Shown: one piece after another, positions 41,786 through 53,091 of the stretch
How positions within the stretch are numbered: position 1 is the stretch's first letter
Layout of the letters: each line of letters opens with the position of its first letter
Notes under the pieces: generated by a model
Database searches by the model: none
Seen by the model: the letters and a program-made list of their open reading frames with translations, nothing else
What the model was told of the DNA's origin: nothing
Assembly (NCBI GenBank): GCA_964016885.1
Contig: OZ024759.1
Coordinates: forward strand, 29,574,001-29,638,000
Length of the DNA: 64,000 nt
From: Eledone cirrhosa
Taxonomy: Eukaryota
Direction of reading: 5' to 3'
Position numbers and translations under genes: made by a program

Positions 41786-42269
41786 ATGTATATTTATATC
41801 TGTGTGTATATATATATATATGTAATCTAATTTTTTAAAAATATTAATAATAATATTCGATTCGTTTGCAATTATGCAAACAAGCCTCATTTTTAAAGCC
41901 ATGTCAACCCCTCATACTTGCTCTTGTGTTGGCATGTAAACAGAACTGCAGACACTCATGTTTCTAAGTATTACCCTTCATCAGTACAGTTCACTGTTCA
42001 CCTGCCAACTGTCAGAGCTAGTGAAAATATATATTTTCTAAAATATACAGTGACTGATCGGCCTGATTTACATATTAGCAGACTGGCTTATTTGCATAAT
42101 TGCAAATGAATCGAATATTATTATTAATATTCGAAAAACTCAGATTACATTTATTATATTCAGCCATGAAGAGCAAAAATTCTTTTTTTTATTATATATA
42201 TATATATAGAGAGAGAGAGAAGAGCTTCTACATAACTAGAACAGTTTCATTCATGAGAAATCATCAGAT

Positions 42270-42320
42270 AGCTTCCTGATGATTTCTCACGAATGAAACA
42301 GTTCTAGTTCTGTAGAAGCT
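42270..42320 (+). ncRNA. Type I hammerhead ribozyme motif (family B)
   Basis: agcttc-CTGATGA-tttctcacgaat-GAAA-cag..ctg-TA-gaagct. Confidence 0.7.
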
Positions 42321-42425
42321 TTTCTATATTAAAACTTTTATATTCTGCTATGTAGTGAGTAGCTTATTTACTGTGGTTACCTCCGATTCAACCCGGAATA
42401 ACTTATATATATATATATATGTATG

Positions 42426-42478
<53 letters not shown>

Positions 42479-43070
42479 TAAAATAACAGATTAAAGTTTA
42501 AGCAAAGAATCGCTGCTTTCACCCTTAACGGGATCTTCTGAAACTAACAAAGTCAATCTGTAAACGCAGAACTGGATATTTCAAAAAACGTTGCAACCGG
42601 AGGAAGACAGGAAGACGATACTTTGGTTCGTGGTAACGTTCGCTGGCAAAGAACGGGAAAAAACGAATAATACGTCATTAATAGGAGCGGTGAAAAACAA
42701 TTACGTGCAAAGACAGAACCACGTTTATGGTATAAAAGAGGTCGTAGACTAATGTTCTCTTAGGTGGTGCATAGAGACGTTCTCTGGCAATGAACGAAAA
42801 AACGAAGATAATAAGTCATATGTGGAGCGTGGAGAACAATAGCACGCAAAGACAAAACCACGTAAATGGTATAGCAGAAGTCGTAGACTAAAATTAATCT
42901 CCGCTACAGAGTTGAGAACAAAGTAAATAAATACAATACAGAAGTAATAGAAACAAATAAATAAATACATACATGCAAACAGAAATATTTGCTCTACGGT
43001 TCTTATATATTTGATATATATTTTCCTTATCGAGCCCTCTTTGGATTTTAGTCTTCAATTTTATTATTAT

Positions 43071-43158
<88 letters not shown>

Positions 43159-43303
43159 GTGTATATATATAAATGTGTATATATATATATGTGTATTATA
43201 AATATGTATGTATATATATATATATCTTCTTATGTGTATGTATATATATATATACATATATATATATGTATATATTGTATGTGTATATATATATTAAATA
43301 TAA

Positions 43304-43361
<58 letters not shown>

Positions 43362-44184
43362 GTGGGTCCTGGGTTGAGTCGGGGATAACCACAGTAAGTA
43401 AGGTACTCAATACATAGCAGAGTGAAATATATTTATTGTATGATACAATAAATATATATATATATATATATATATAAAAACAAATAACGAAACGAAATTA
43501 AATTTCGTTTCATTTAACTTAATTATATATATATATATTTAACTTAATTATATATATATATATATATGTATATATTGTATGTGTATATATATATTAAATA
43601 TATATATATATATATTATATGTGTATATATATATATTAAATATAAATATATATATATATATTATATGTGTATATATATATATTAAATATAAATATATATA
43701 TATATATTATATGTGTGTGTGTTGGAGGAGTTGTAAGGGGCACTATAATGATATATGCTGTTTCTTGGGTATTTAAAATTTGGTGGGGCCTGTCCCTTCT
43801 CTATGTCTAAACACAGCCAATTTCTTCCAGTAAGGAGAGGGGGAGAGAAGGGGCAGGATGAGGAAAATGAGAAAGAGATAGAGAAAAAGTACTAGACTGG
43901 TATTTTTTTAATCAAGTCTGAAATAGAGCCAGGTGTAGACTCTGAGCAAGATGGCTGGATAACATCCATGAGCTCAGCTGGTCAAGCTTGGGGACCCAGC
44001 CTGATCACTTGGAGGCTGGTTCCTTCTGACCGGATCTGCTGGAAGGAGTGTTTGAGGACTCCGGAACAAATACCACAAGGTATTCTAACCAACGTCCTAA
44101 CAACTCTGACAATTCACTGCCTGCAGTGAAGATATTTGGTGAAATAGTTTGAAATACTGGATGCCCTTCAGTAGTTAGTAAGGA

Positions 44185-44398
44185 TTTCTGATTTAGGCAC
44201 AAGGCCAACAATTTTTTTTTTGGGGGGGAGTCGATTAAATCGACCCCAGTGTGTAACTGGAAATTTATTGTATCGACATCCCCCTCCTGCAAGGATGAAA
44301 AGCAAAGCTAACCTTGGTGGGATTTGAACTCAGAACATAAAAGGCTGTAACTCTATGTCACAAAGCATGTTGTCTGACGCTCTACTGATACTGCCAAA
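44185..44398 (-). mobile_element. SINE family 2 copy
   Basis: Homology to 20771-20988. Confidence 0.75.
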
Positions 44399-45120
44399 AT
44401 AATAATAATAATAATGATAATAACAACAACAACAACAATAATCAACACCAATGTTATGATAAACAATATCAGTTTGTTGTTTTATCGGTGCAAAGGCCTT
44501 GTATTTAGGGGGTAGGTTGGACTAGGTAGAAATGTGAAATTGTGGCATGCATCAATTTCTCAACAAATATGCTTTAATTGTCAGTAATAGAAAAAAAGGA
44601 CCACCCCCCATAGAATTAATGTTTCTGGGTGATGAATTTTGAGCCTGTTTTTCTCTTTTTTTTTCAAGTTTTTAAATTTTTTTTACAATTTATAAGTCAT
44701 TATTTTTATTGGTAAAAACTTAATTTAAATGTATTTGCATGTATGTGTAGTGTGTATGAGTGTGTGTGAATGTGTCTCAGTGTGTGTTTTTTTGTGTCAG
44801 TGTGTATGAGTGTGTGTGAATGTGTCTCAGTGTGTGTTTTTTTGTGTCAGTGTGTATTGGTGTGTGTGTGTGAATGTATGGAGTGGAGTGTGTATGTGTC
44901 AGTGTGTGAATGTGTGTGTATGTATGTGTGTGGATCCATAGGGACTATAAGGAAGCAAGTTGAGCTGGCACATCAATCCTGAGTCTGTAGGAGCCCAGAG
45001 TGCCTCAGGTGGCTATAGGGAGGCAAAAATGGAGTCCAGAGGGTTGGGTTGTTTTGTAAGAGATAACAAATAGTTATTGATATATCTGAATGATCCCCAA
45101 TAGTCACATATATATATATG

Positions 45121-45154
<34 letters not shown>

Positions 45155-45555
45155 TATTTAAGGCGGGTAAAATTCCCGAGATCCATGGACGAGTTCTCTC
45201 CAGCAGTCTCTGTCCCTCATTATCGCTGCCATGTCCTGCGTCTCCAATAGACCACTGTCTGTCCTTGGGGCATCAACATATGTTAACTTCAGGCTTCCTC
45301 TTCCTGTGTGTCCAACGCATGGGCTCCCACAGGAGCACTGAGTGCAGTGTCAACTCTGGATGTCGGTGAGCATGTCCAGCTAACCTCAGTCTCCTCTGTG
45401 TCACTTTTGAGCTGACTTTTGGGATGCTCCCATACAGCTCTGAGTTCTTCATCCTCAGTGTATACTGCTTAATGTTCAGAGCCATCCTCAGCATTCTCAT
45501 GTAGCACCCATCTACCATATCATATATATCATATATATATGTGATATCCACATAT

Positions 45556-45597
<42 letters not shown>

Positions 45598-45629
45598 GTG
45601 TGTATATATATACATGTGATATATATATA

Positions 45630-48600
45630 AGCACCCACGTGAAGCGCCAACCCAGAGACCCTCCCCTACGAGTGTCGACAAATGCCCAAAACTCCGAGTT
45701 GGTACCATCAATGTAGGCTCAATGAAAGGAAGAGCAGGAGAAATCGTAGAAATGCTAGAGCGAAAGGAAGTTGATGTATGCTGTGTGCAAGAGACTAGAT
45801 GGAGAGGAGGGTCTGCTAGAGTCCTTGTAGGAAAAAGCCAGTGCTACAAATTTTTCTGGGTGGGAAATGACGATGGGATGGGTGGTGTAGGTATACTATT
45901 AGCTGACAAGTGGGTAGATAAAGTAATCTCAGTGTACAGGGTAAATGCAAGAATCATTAAACTCAGACTAGTCCTGAATAAGACAATTACCACAATAATA
46001 TCAGCTTACGCACCCCAATCGGGGCTGCCAGACGAACTTAAGGATAGGTTTTACGAGTCCCTAATACACACTACTGCTCTAACAGACGACAAGGACTTCC
46101 TAATCATTGCAGGAGATTTTAACGGACACGTAGGTAAACACTGCAACGGCTTCAATAGAGTACATGGAGGCCATGGAGTTGGCACAAGGAATGAGGAAGG
46201 ATTCAGACTTCTAGAATTCTGCGACGCCAATGACATGTCGATATGTAACACAAACTTTAAAAAACCCGACAACCACCTGATCACCTATAGATCAGGGGAG
46301 CACTCTAGTCAGTTAGATTTTATCCTCATCAGAGGACGTGACAGATGGACGGTCGTAAACACAAAAGCCTTCCCTAGTGAGGAATGTACATCCCAACATA
46401 GCTTAGTTGTCAGCGACCTCACGGTCAGAACTAGACGAGCCCTGAAACAGAGGCCAACCTGGAGAAGAAAGATCTGGAAGCTGAAAGTCCCCTCAACCAG
46501 TAACAGATTTAAAGATATTTTACTCAACGCCTACGACAGTAAAGAAGAACAGATAGAGACATTTAACGTAGAAGAGAACTGGGAGTTCCTAAAAAATAAC
46601 TTACTAGAGGCGACGGATGAGGTTTGTGGCTGGAGTAAGACCTCAAGCAGGAGGAGAGTGACTTGGTGGTGGAACAATAAGGTAGATGAAGCAGTCAAGG
46701 CCAAGAGACAGGCATGGAAAGAATGGAAGAACGGGGGGAGCAGGGTACATTACATAGAGACCAAGAGGGAAGCTAGGCGACAAGTATACTTAGCTAGGAG
46801 GGAAGCAGAGGATAGAAAATTCAAGCATGTTTTACAACGTGAGGACCAGAAACAGGAGGTATTCAAGATTGCGAGGCAGTGTGTCAGAGATAGTTGTGAT
46901 GTCATTGGAGAGAAGTGTATCCGGAATGATAAAGGTGAGCTTGCCCTCACAAGTGCTGAGAAGAAAGATGCATGGAAGAGTCATTATGATAGATTACTAA
47001 ATGAGGAGAATGCATGGGAAGAAGAGACCCTACCCCACGTAGACCCTATAGAGGGACCAGCAGTACAAGTCAGCGGCAGCGTAGTAAGTAAGGCAATCAG
47101 AGATATGAAGATAGGGAAGGCAACCGGTCCATCGGGTATAGCTGCCGAGATGCTGAAGGCATCTGGGTCTGTAGGTCACACTATAACCACACGTATCGTT
47201 AACCAGGTAATACTAGAGGGGGCCATACCAAAAGATTGGTGCAGTAGCATCATTGTCAACTGCTACAAAGGTAAAGGCGATGCACTAGATAGAGGAAACT
47301 ATAGAGGTATAAAGTTGATGGACCAGGTCATGAAAGTAACAGAAAGAGTTATAGCACAGCTGATTAGGGACCGGGTGAATATAGACGAGATGCAATTTGG
47401 GTTTGTTCCAGGGAAAGGCACCACTGATGCGCTCTTCCTTGTGAGGCAATTACAGGAAAAGTACCTAGCTAAAAGTAAGCCACTCTACTTGGCATTTGTC
47501 GACCTTGAGAAAGCCTTTGACAGAGTTCCACGTGCAGTAATCTGGTGGGCTCTTAGAAAACTAGGAGTAGATGAATGGCTTGTGAAAGCGGTACAAGCCA
47601 TGTATAGGGGAGCAGTCAGCAAAGTTAGGATTAGCAATGAGTATAGCGAGGAATTTAGCGTACAGGTTGGGGTCCACCAGGGCTCTGTTCTTAGCCCTCT
47701 CCTGTTCATCATAGTCCTGCAGGCAATAACGGAGGAGTTTAAGACCGGATGCCCATGGGAACTCCTGTATGCTGATGACCTCGCACTCATAGCTGAATCT
47801 ATGGTAGAACTAGAGAATAAATTCCAAACCTGGAAGCAGGGACTAGAGAGAAAGGGCCTCAAAGTCAACATGACAAAGACTAAGGTCCTTATAAGTAGAC
47901 GAGAAAACAGAACCCAGATCCCCTCAGGGAAATGGCCTTGCTCAGTATGTAGGAAAGGTGTAGGTAGGAACTCCATTCTTTGCCCCAAATGCAAACAATG
48001 GGTACACAAGAGATGTAGCGGGATCTCAGGAAGCTTAATTAAGAATGTAGGATTCACATGCAGCAGCTGTGCTGAAACAGCAAGCAAACAGCCACAGGAA
48101 ACAAGTACCACCAATCTCTGGGAGGGCCCTGTAGAAACAGTAGACAGCTTCTGCTACCTAGGTGACCGAATTAGCAACGGAGGTGGGTGCTCAGAAAGTA
48201 CAATAACTAGGGTAAGAACGGGATGGAAGAAGTTTAGGGAACTACTACCACTGCTAGCTGCAAAAGGCTTCTCCCTCAGAATGAAAGGCAGACTGTATGA
48301 TGCGTGTATCCGAACAGCGATGCTGCATGGTAGTGAGACCTGGGCGCTGAAGGTGGAAGACTTACGTAGATTAGAGAGAAACGAAGCCTGCATGCTCCGA
48401 TGGATGTGTAACAGTAATATACGTGAACGACAAAGCATAAATGAATTGAGAGAGAGACTGAGCATAAGAGGAATCAAATGCTGCGTGCAGGAGAGGCGGT
48501 TACGCTGGTATGGACATGTGATACGTATGAAGGATGACAGCTGCATAAAAAGGTGCAGAGCACTAGAAGTTGATGGAAACCGCGGAGTGGGGAGACCCAA

Positions 48601-49027
48601 GATGACTTGGGATGAGGTGATAAAAGCCGACCTTACCCAACTACACCTCTCAAAGTCAATGACACACGACCGTGACTTCTGGCGTCACGCAGTAATACAG
48701 GGTACCCGACCTCCCATGGGTACATGCTGAAGCATATAAACGATATGCCCCCCCCCCCCCCCACCGCAAGGTGGTCGTGGAGGTGCCACGGCAAAAAAGC
48801 ACCCAGCCCACACTGTAAAGTGGACGTGTAGGCGCCACGAAAAAGCACCCAGCACTCACTGTAAATGAGGTTGGTGTTAGGAAGGGCATCCAGCTGTAGA
48901 AATCAAGCCAGATCAGTTCCTGTATGAGCAAGGCATGGTCAGCCGACCAGACACTGCCCACAACAGGACAACCCGTCTAACCCATGCTAGCGTGGAAGAA
49001 CGGACGTAAAACGGTGATGATGATGAT
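45630..49027 (+). mobile_element. Near full-length RTE-clade LINE (family 1), 5'-truncated just upstream of the endonuclease
   Basis: One uninterrupted ORF, a ~290-bp 3' UTR, a (gat)n tail and (TA)n on both sides. Confidence 0.95.
45722..48730 (+). CDS. RTE LINE polyprotein: AP endonuclease, reverse transcriptase and PHD-type finger
   Basis: APE motifs CVQETRW, SAYAPQ, GDFNGH, LDFIL, SQHSLV; RT motifs FVDLEKAFDRV, GVHQGSVLSP, YADD, FCYLG; the frame stays open upstream to about 45632 and includes LRVGTINVGS, so the annotated Met is probably internal. Confidence 0.95.
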   Translation: MKGRAGEIVEMLERKEVDVCCVQETRWRGGSARVLVGKSQCYKFFWVGNDDGMGGVGILLADKWVDKVISVYRVNARIIKLRLVLNKTITTIISAYAPQSGLPDELKDRFYESLIHTTALTDDKDFLIIAGDFNGHVGKHCNGFNRVHGGHGVGTRNEEGFRLLEFCDANDMSICNTNFKKPDNHLITYRSGEHSSQLDFILIRGRDRWTVVNTKAFPSEECTSQHSLVVSDLTVRTRRALKQRPTWRRKIWKLKVPSTSNRFKDILLNAYDSKEEQIETFNVEENWEFLKNNLLEATDEVCGWSKTSSRRRVTWWWNNKVDEAVKAKRQAWKEWKNGGSRVHYIETKREARRQVYLARREAEDRKFKHVLQREDQKQEVFKIARQCVRDSCDVIGEKCIRNDKGELALTSAEKKDAWKSHYDRLLNEENAWEEETLPHVDPIEGPAVQVSGSVVSKAIRDMKIGKATGPSGIAAEMLKASGSVGHTITTRIVNQVILEGAIPKDWCSSIIVNCYKGKGDALDRGNYRGIKLMDQVMKVTERVIAQLIRDRVNIDEMQFGFVPGKGTTDALFLVRQLQEKYLAKSKPLYLAFVDLEKAFDRVPRAVIWWALRKLGVDEWLVKAVQAMYRGAVSKVRISNEYSEEFSVQVGVHQGSVLSPLLFIIVLQAITEEFKTGCPWELLYADDLALIAESMVELENKFQTWKQGLERKGLKVNMTKTKVLISRRENRTQIPSGKWPCSVCRKGVGRNSILCPKCKQWVHKRCSGISGSLIKNVGFTCSSCAETASKQPQETSTTNLWEGPVETVDSFCYLGDRISNGGGCSESTITRVRTGWKKFRELLPLLAAKGFSLRMKGRLYDACIRTAMLHGSETWALKVEDLRRLERNEACMLRWMCNSNIRERQSINELRERLSIRGIKCCVQERRLRWYGHVIRMKDDSCIKRCRALEVDGNRGVGRPKMTWDEVIKADLTQLHLSKSMTHDRDFWRHAVIQGTRPPMGTC

Positions 49028-49317
49028 ATATATATATATATATATATATATAAATTAATAAAAATAATGAATAAAAACAAAGAAACAGTTCCTTATATTA
49101 AAAAATTCATCATTTTACGATCGTTTCTAGGATATATATGTGTGTGTTGGTATGTATATCATATAGATCTATGTAAAATTTTTACAAACTATCAGAGGGA
49201 ATATATATACCTACACATATATATGCTGTCTTTCATGATATTTGGATTACATTGAGTTCTTCATACGGATTGGACACTACCGTATATTTTGGTAGATTTA
49301 TCTACACATATATATAT

Positions 49318-49352
<35 letters not shown>

Positions 49353-49616
49353 AATTCTCAAATCAAAGCTATGTTCAAAACATTTATCCGCTGACAATTG
49401 TTTCTTCCAAACCTAGGCTTGAAGTCTTCAGAGCATTTTTAATGTTTGTACACATATTGATTTGTGAATTCAATGTTACTGCTCTGTAAAGCAACTGATG
49501 TTCTTACATTGAGCTATTTATCTTACTGGTAATAAGGTAGTAATAAATTACTGACCTTCCCTGTTTATAGTTGTTTATAGTTTAAAATATACATAGCATA
49601 GCTATAAATAGTATCC

Positions 49617-49702
<86 letters not shown>

Positions 49703-49869
49703 ATATATATATATATATAGATTATCGTCATCACATTTTTCTACACACAGACACACAGACACACACACATATATATATATATACAGCTTCTTTATTTGAT
49801 GATTGAGTCAGCAGAGCTGAAGCTGTAGCAAAATGAAACCCCCAGCAATGTCATTTGAAATCAATATAC

Positions 49870-50550
49870 TGCAGTAGGGGTCTAAAGAGGAGAATAAGGG
49901 CCCAGGGAGGTTATATGGGTCTGGAAAGTCAAAGATGGGTTTAAAGGGACAAAGAGAAAGAGTGCTCTAATTAGGAAAAGAGGTTTCAGAGATGTAAAAA
50001 GAGGTTTAACAGAGCAAAGAGGAGTCCAAAGACCCAAATAAAGACCCAGAAAGGTAAAAAGGAATTTTAAAAGGCAAAGATGGATTTAACATGGCAAAGA
50101 GAGTTCTAATTAGGGAAAGATGGGCTTAGAGCCCCAAATAAAGAGCCAGAAAAGTAAAAAGGTGTTTAACAAGGCAAAGAGGGATTCAGAAGTTCAAAGA
50201 GAGTTTCTATTAGGCAAAGAGGGGTCTAGAGACCCAGAAAGATAAAAAGAGGTTTAACGAGGCATTCTGAGACCTAAGGAAGCACCAAGAAAAGTAAAAA
50301 GGAGTTTTAAAAGGCAAAGAGAGTTTTAATCAGGCAAAGAAGGGCCGAAAAACCCAGAGAGGAAAAAGGGGATTTAACAAGGCAAAGAGGTGTTCTGTGA
50401 CCTAAAGAGGGACTCAGAAAGATAAAAAGGGGTTTTAAAAGGCAAAGAAGGGTTCAACGTGGCAGAGTTCTAATTAGGCAAAAAAGGAGCCCAGAGACCC
50501 AAAGAGAGGCCCAGACAGGTAAAAAGGGAGTTTATAAAGGCAAAGAGGGG
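49870..50550. repeat. Purine-rich degenerate tandem repeat
   Basis: Recurrent aaggcaaagagg / gacccagaaaggtaaaaagg units. Confidence 0.7.
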
Positions 50551-51390
50551 CTAACCTGTGAACATTTAGTGACCCAAATTTCATCCACTATTGTTCCTCC
50601 TTTTGAATATTTAGAAAGGAGTGGGTACACCTACCTCAAAAAGCAGCCACACCCCACCTTGTAAATATTTCTCTTGGAGGCCCCTTATGACCATGTGGGT
50701 GTAAGTGTGTATGTATGTATAATGTGAGTGTATGTGTAAGTGTGTGTGTATATATAAATGTGTGTATGTTTATGTATTTATGTATATGTTTGTTTATGTA
50801 TAAGTGTGTGTTTGTATAATGTATATATGTATGTATGTTTGTAGGTAGGTATGTATAAATGTGTATGTATATATATGTGTGTATAAGTATATATGTATAT
50901 TTGTGTATATGAAATTGGAAACAAGTATTGTTTTTATCTTTTTTCTTGTTTTTTTTTTAATCATTTATATATATATTAGTGAAGTCGTGTGGCTGAGTGG
51001 TTAGAGAATTGGATTCGCAATCGTAAGGTTGTGAGTTCGATTCCTGGACCAGGCGATGCGTTATGTCCTTGAGCAAGACACTTTATTTCACGTTGCTCCT
51101 TCTACCTGGAGTTGCGACCGATAGATAGTATTAGCAATTGGAAAGACCAACGGAAACATTGTTCCCTCGGTCCGATTTGACAAAAGTCAATTGTTCCTTT
51201 TTTAATATATATATTGTTTTTGTTTGTTGTATTATTTATAAATATGCATCAATTGTTTTTTTTTGGTTTTAGGATCCCCCCCCCCCAAAAAAAAAATCCC
51301 CCAAAACAAATTATAAATAATAGAAATAAAGAAGAAATTTTTTTTCATAAACTTTTTAGACAGACTATTTGTTTAGTTTTGGGGTCTGTT

Positions 51391-52572
51391 TTAGGGAGGT
51401 TGATTATGTTGTTGAGGTTGTGGAGGTTGTTGTAGTATATGTTGCTGTTGTAGTGTGTGCTGTGGATGTTGTTGTTTTGCAATAGGTTTTAGGTTTGGTT
51501 TCGAATAACTCAAGTTAAGAAAGTTTTCCATTTGAGTTTCAATAGAAGCTGGTTCCGAGTCTTGTTGAGTAGTAGAACCACTACTACTACTACTAGTAGT
51601 AGTAGTAGTATTAGAAGAAGTAGAAGAAGTAGTAGTAGTAGTCGTAGTAGTAGTAATAGTAGTAGTAACATTTGCTATTGATTCCATTGGTTTACCAATT
51701 TTGTTAGTTAGAAGGCAATCCCTCTCTGACGCTGATTCAGAGTCATTGTTATCATTTAAGGAACTTTCCAGATTTAGAGGAGCCCCTAATCTCACAGCTG
51801 CCGTGTTAGAGGTGTTGGTACGTATATGAGGTTTACCAAATAGTTCCCTCGTGTTGCTACGCCGTTCTTTGACACTGCACGCTCGACACATAATTATAGG
51901 GTTGTTTTGGGTTTTAGTATTGTTTAAATCATGGTGTAGTGATACATTGCTTTTGAAAGTGTCCGAAGTTTTCACAGGTGGTTCGCTATTACTTGCACCA
52001 CCATCACCACCACCACCACCACCATCACCATTGCTTTGACAACTAATACCACCACCGCCGCCGCCGCCGCCACCACCACCACCACTATTACCACCGCTAC
52101 CACTGTTGCAACCACCACCAACAGCACAAACAATTCCACTGCTACCAACACGTCTACAACCAGTGCCAACACTACAACCACTGGCATCAAGGCGTGTGTG
52201 AAAATCACTCATGCTGGCTGTTTTAGCTGCAATAGTGGCTGGTGATACAGCACTGCCTAGATTTATGGCGCTACTTACTAAATTACTGTTAGTTTCATAG
52301 TCAGGTTTTCGAATTATCTCAAAAAAACTGCCATCATGTTTTAGCTCAATCATGGAATTAGCAGTGGCTGCAGTATTTAATAAATCATAATTTGTAGAGT
52401 CTGTTTCTCGTGATCTGCGATTAAAAGCATTCCGTTTCCAGGAATTGTTTCTTGGTTGGATGAGCCCGTGCATAGAACGGGCAGCTCTGTTAGTGTGTAG
52501 CACAGCCAGTCTTTGTTGTCGCACTTCCTTGTCTTCGCTTATCAACCAAAATGTTCGTAATTCACCTTTGCC
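51391..52572 (-). CDS. Receptor-type guanylyl cyclase, terminal exon (end of catalytic domain plus long low-complexity tail)
   Basis: tttgcag|GKGELRTFWL continues the cyclase motif MKGKG..TFWL; 394 codons to TAA. Confidence 0.88.
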   Translation of the reverse strand, partial: GKGELRTFWLISEDKEVRQQRLAVLHTNRAARSMHGLIQPRNNSWKRNAFNRRSRETDSTNYDLLNTAATANSMIELKHDGSFFEIIRKPDYETNSNLVSSAINLGSAVSPATIAAKTASMSDFHTRLDASGCSVGTGCRRVGSSGIVCAVGGGCNSGSGGNSGGGGGGGGGGGGISCQSNGDGGGGGGDGGASNSEPPVKTSDTFKSNVSLHHDLNNTKTQNNPIIMCRACSVKERRSNTRELFGKPHIRTNTSNTAAVRLGAPLNLESSLNDNNDSESASERDCLLTNKIGKPMESIANVTTTITTTTTTTTTSSTSSNTTTTTSSSSSGSTTQQDSEPASIETQMENFLNLSYSKPNLKPIAKQQHPQHTLQQQHILQQPPQPQQHNQPP

Positions 52573-52606
52573 CTGCAAAGACACAAAACAATATGTAACT
52601 ATACAT

Positions 52607-52644
<38 letters not shown>

Positions 52645-52646
<2 letters not shown>

Positions 52647-52986
52647 TTCGTTTCTGAATTTGTTTAGCAAGATTCTTTATCTGAAATCGTGTGTTGAAAC
52701 CGATATTGTTATACTTTGGGAGGGTCATGTTGCCAATAAGAAACACACGCACCAGTTGCTTTAACTTCAATTTATTATAATAAATTTATAAATTTATAAA
52801 TTTATAAATTTCTGGTTGTCATAGTTCTTTCGTCACACACTCTGTGACCTCTTCAGTGACTGGGGATTCTTTTCTTTGTTTTTTGTGCCTCTCCTTTGTT
52901 CTGTCCTACGCCATTTTGTTTCTGTGTGAAAGCAACTGGTGAGTGTGTTTCTTATTGGCAACATGACCCTCCCAAAGTATAACAAT
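52645..52986 (-). mobile_element. Fold-back element, family H (third copy)
   Basis: Reverse-complement homolog of 12541-13110. Confidence 0.65.
52818..52860 (-). ncRNA. Minimal type I hammerhead ribozyme motif
   Basis: Minus strand reads gtca-CTGAAGA-g-gtcaca-gagtg-tgtgac-GAAA-gaac-ta-tgac. Confidence 0.7.
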
Positions 52987-53091
52987 ATATATATATATAT
53001 ATGTAGGAGGTAAGTTTTATTGTAGTACAATAAAGCAATGCAGATATCGGATAAGAAGCACTCTACAGTTTGTAGGACTGGAGTATACATA

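Noticed and set aside
46051-48600. Antisense ORFs within the LINE
   Set aside because: Shadow frames of the RTE ORF
52573-52770. N-terminal 66 aa of the 459-aa ORF
   Set aside because: Intronic family H repeat and microsatellite read-through; the true exon starts at the acceptor at 52572
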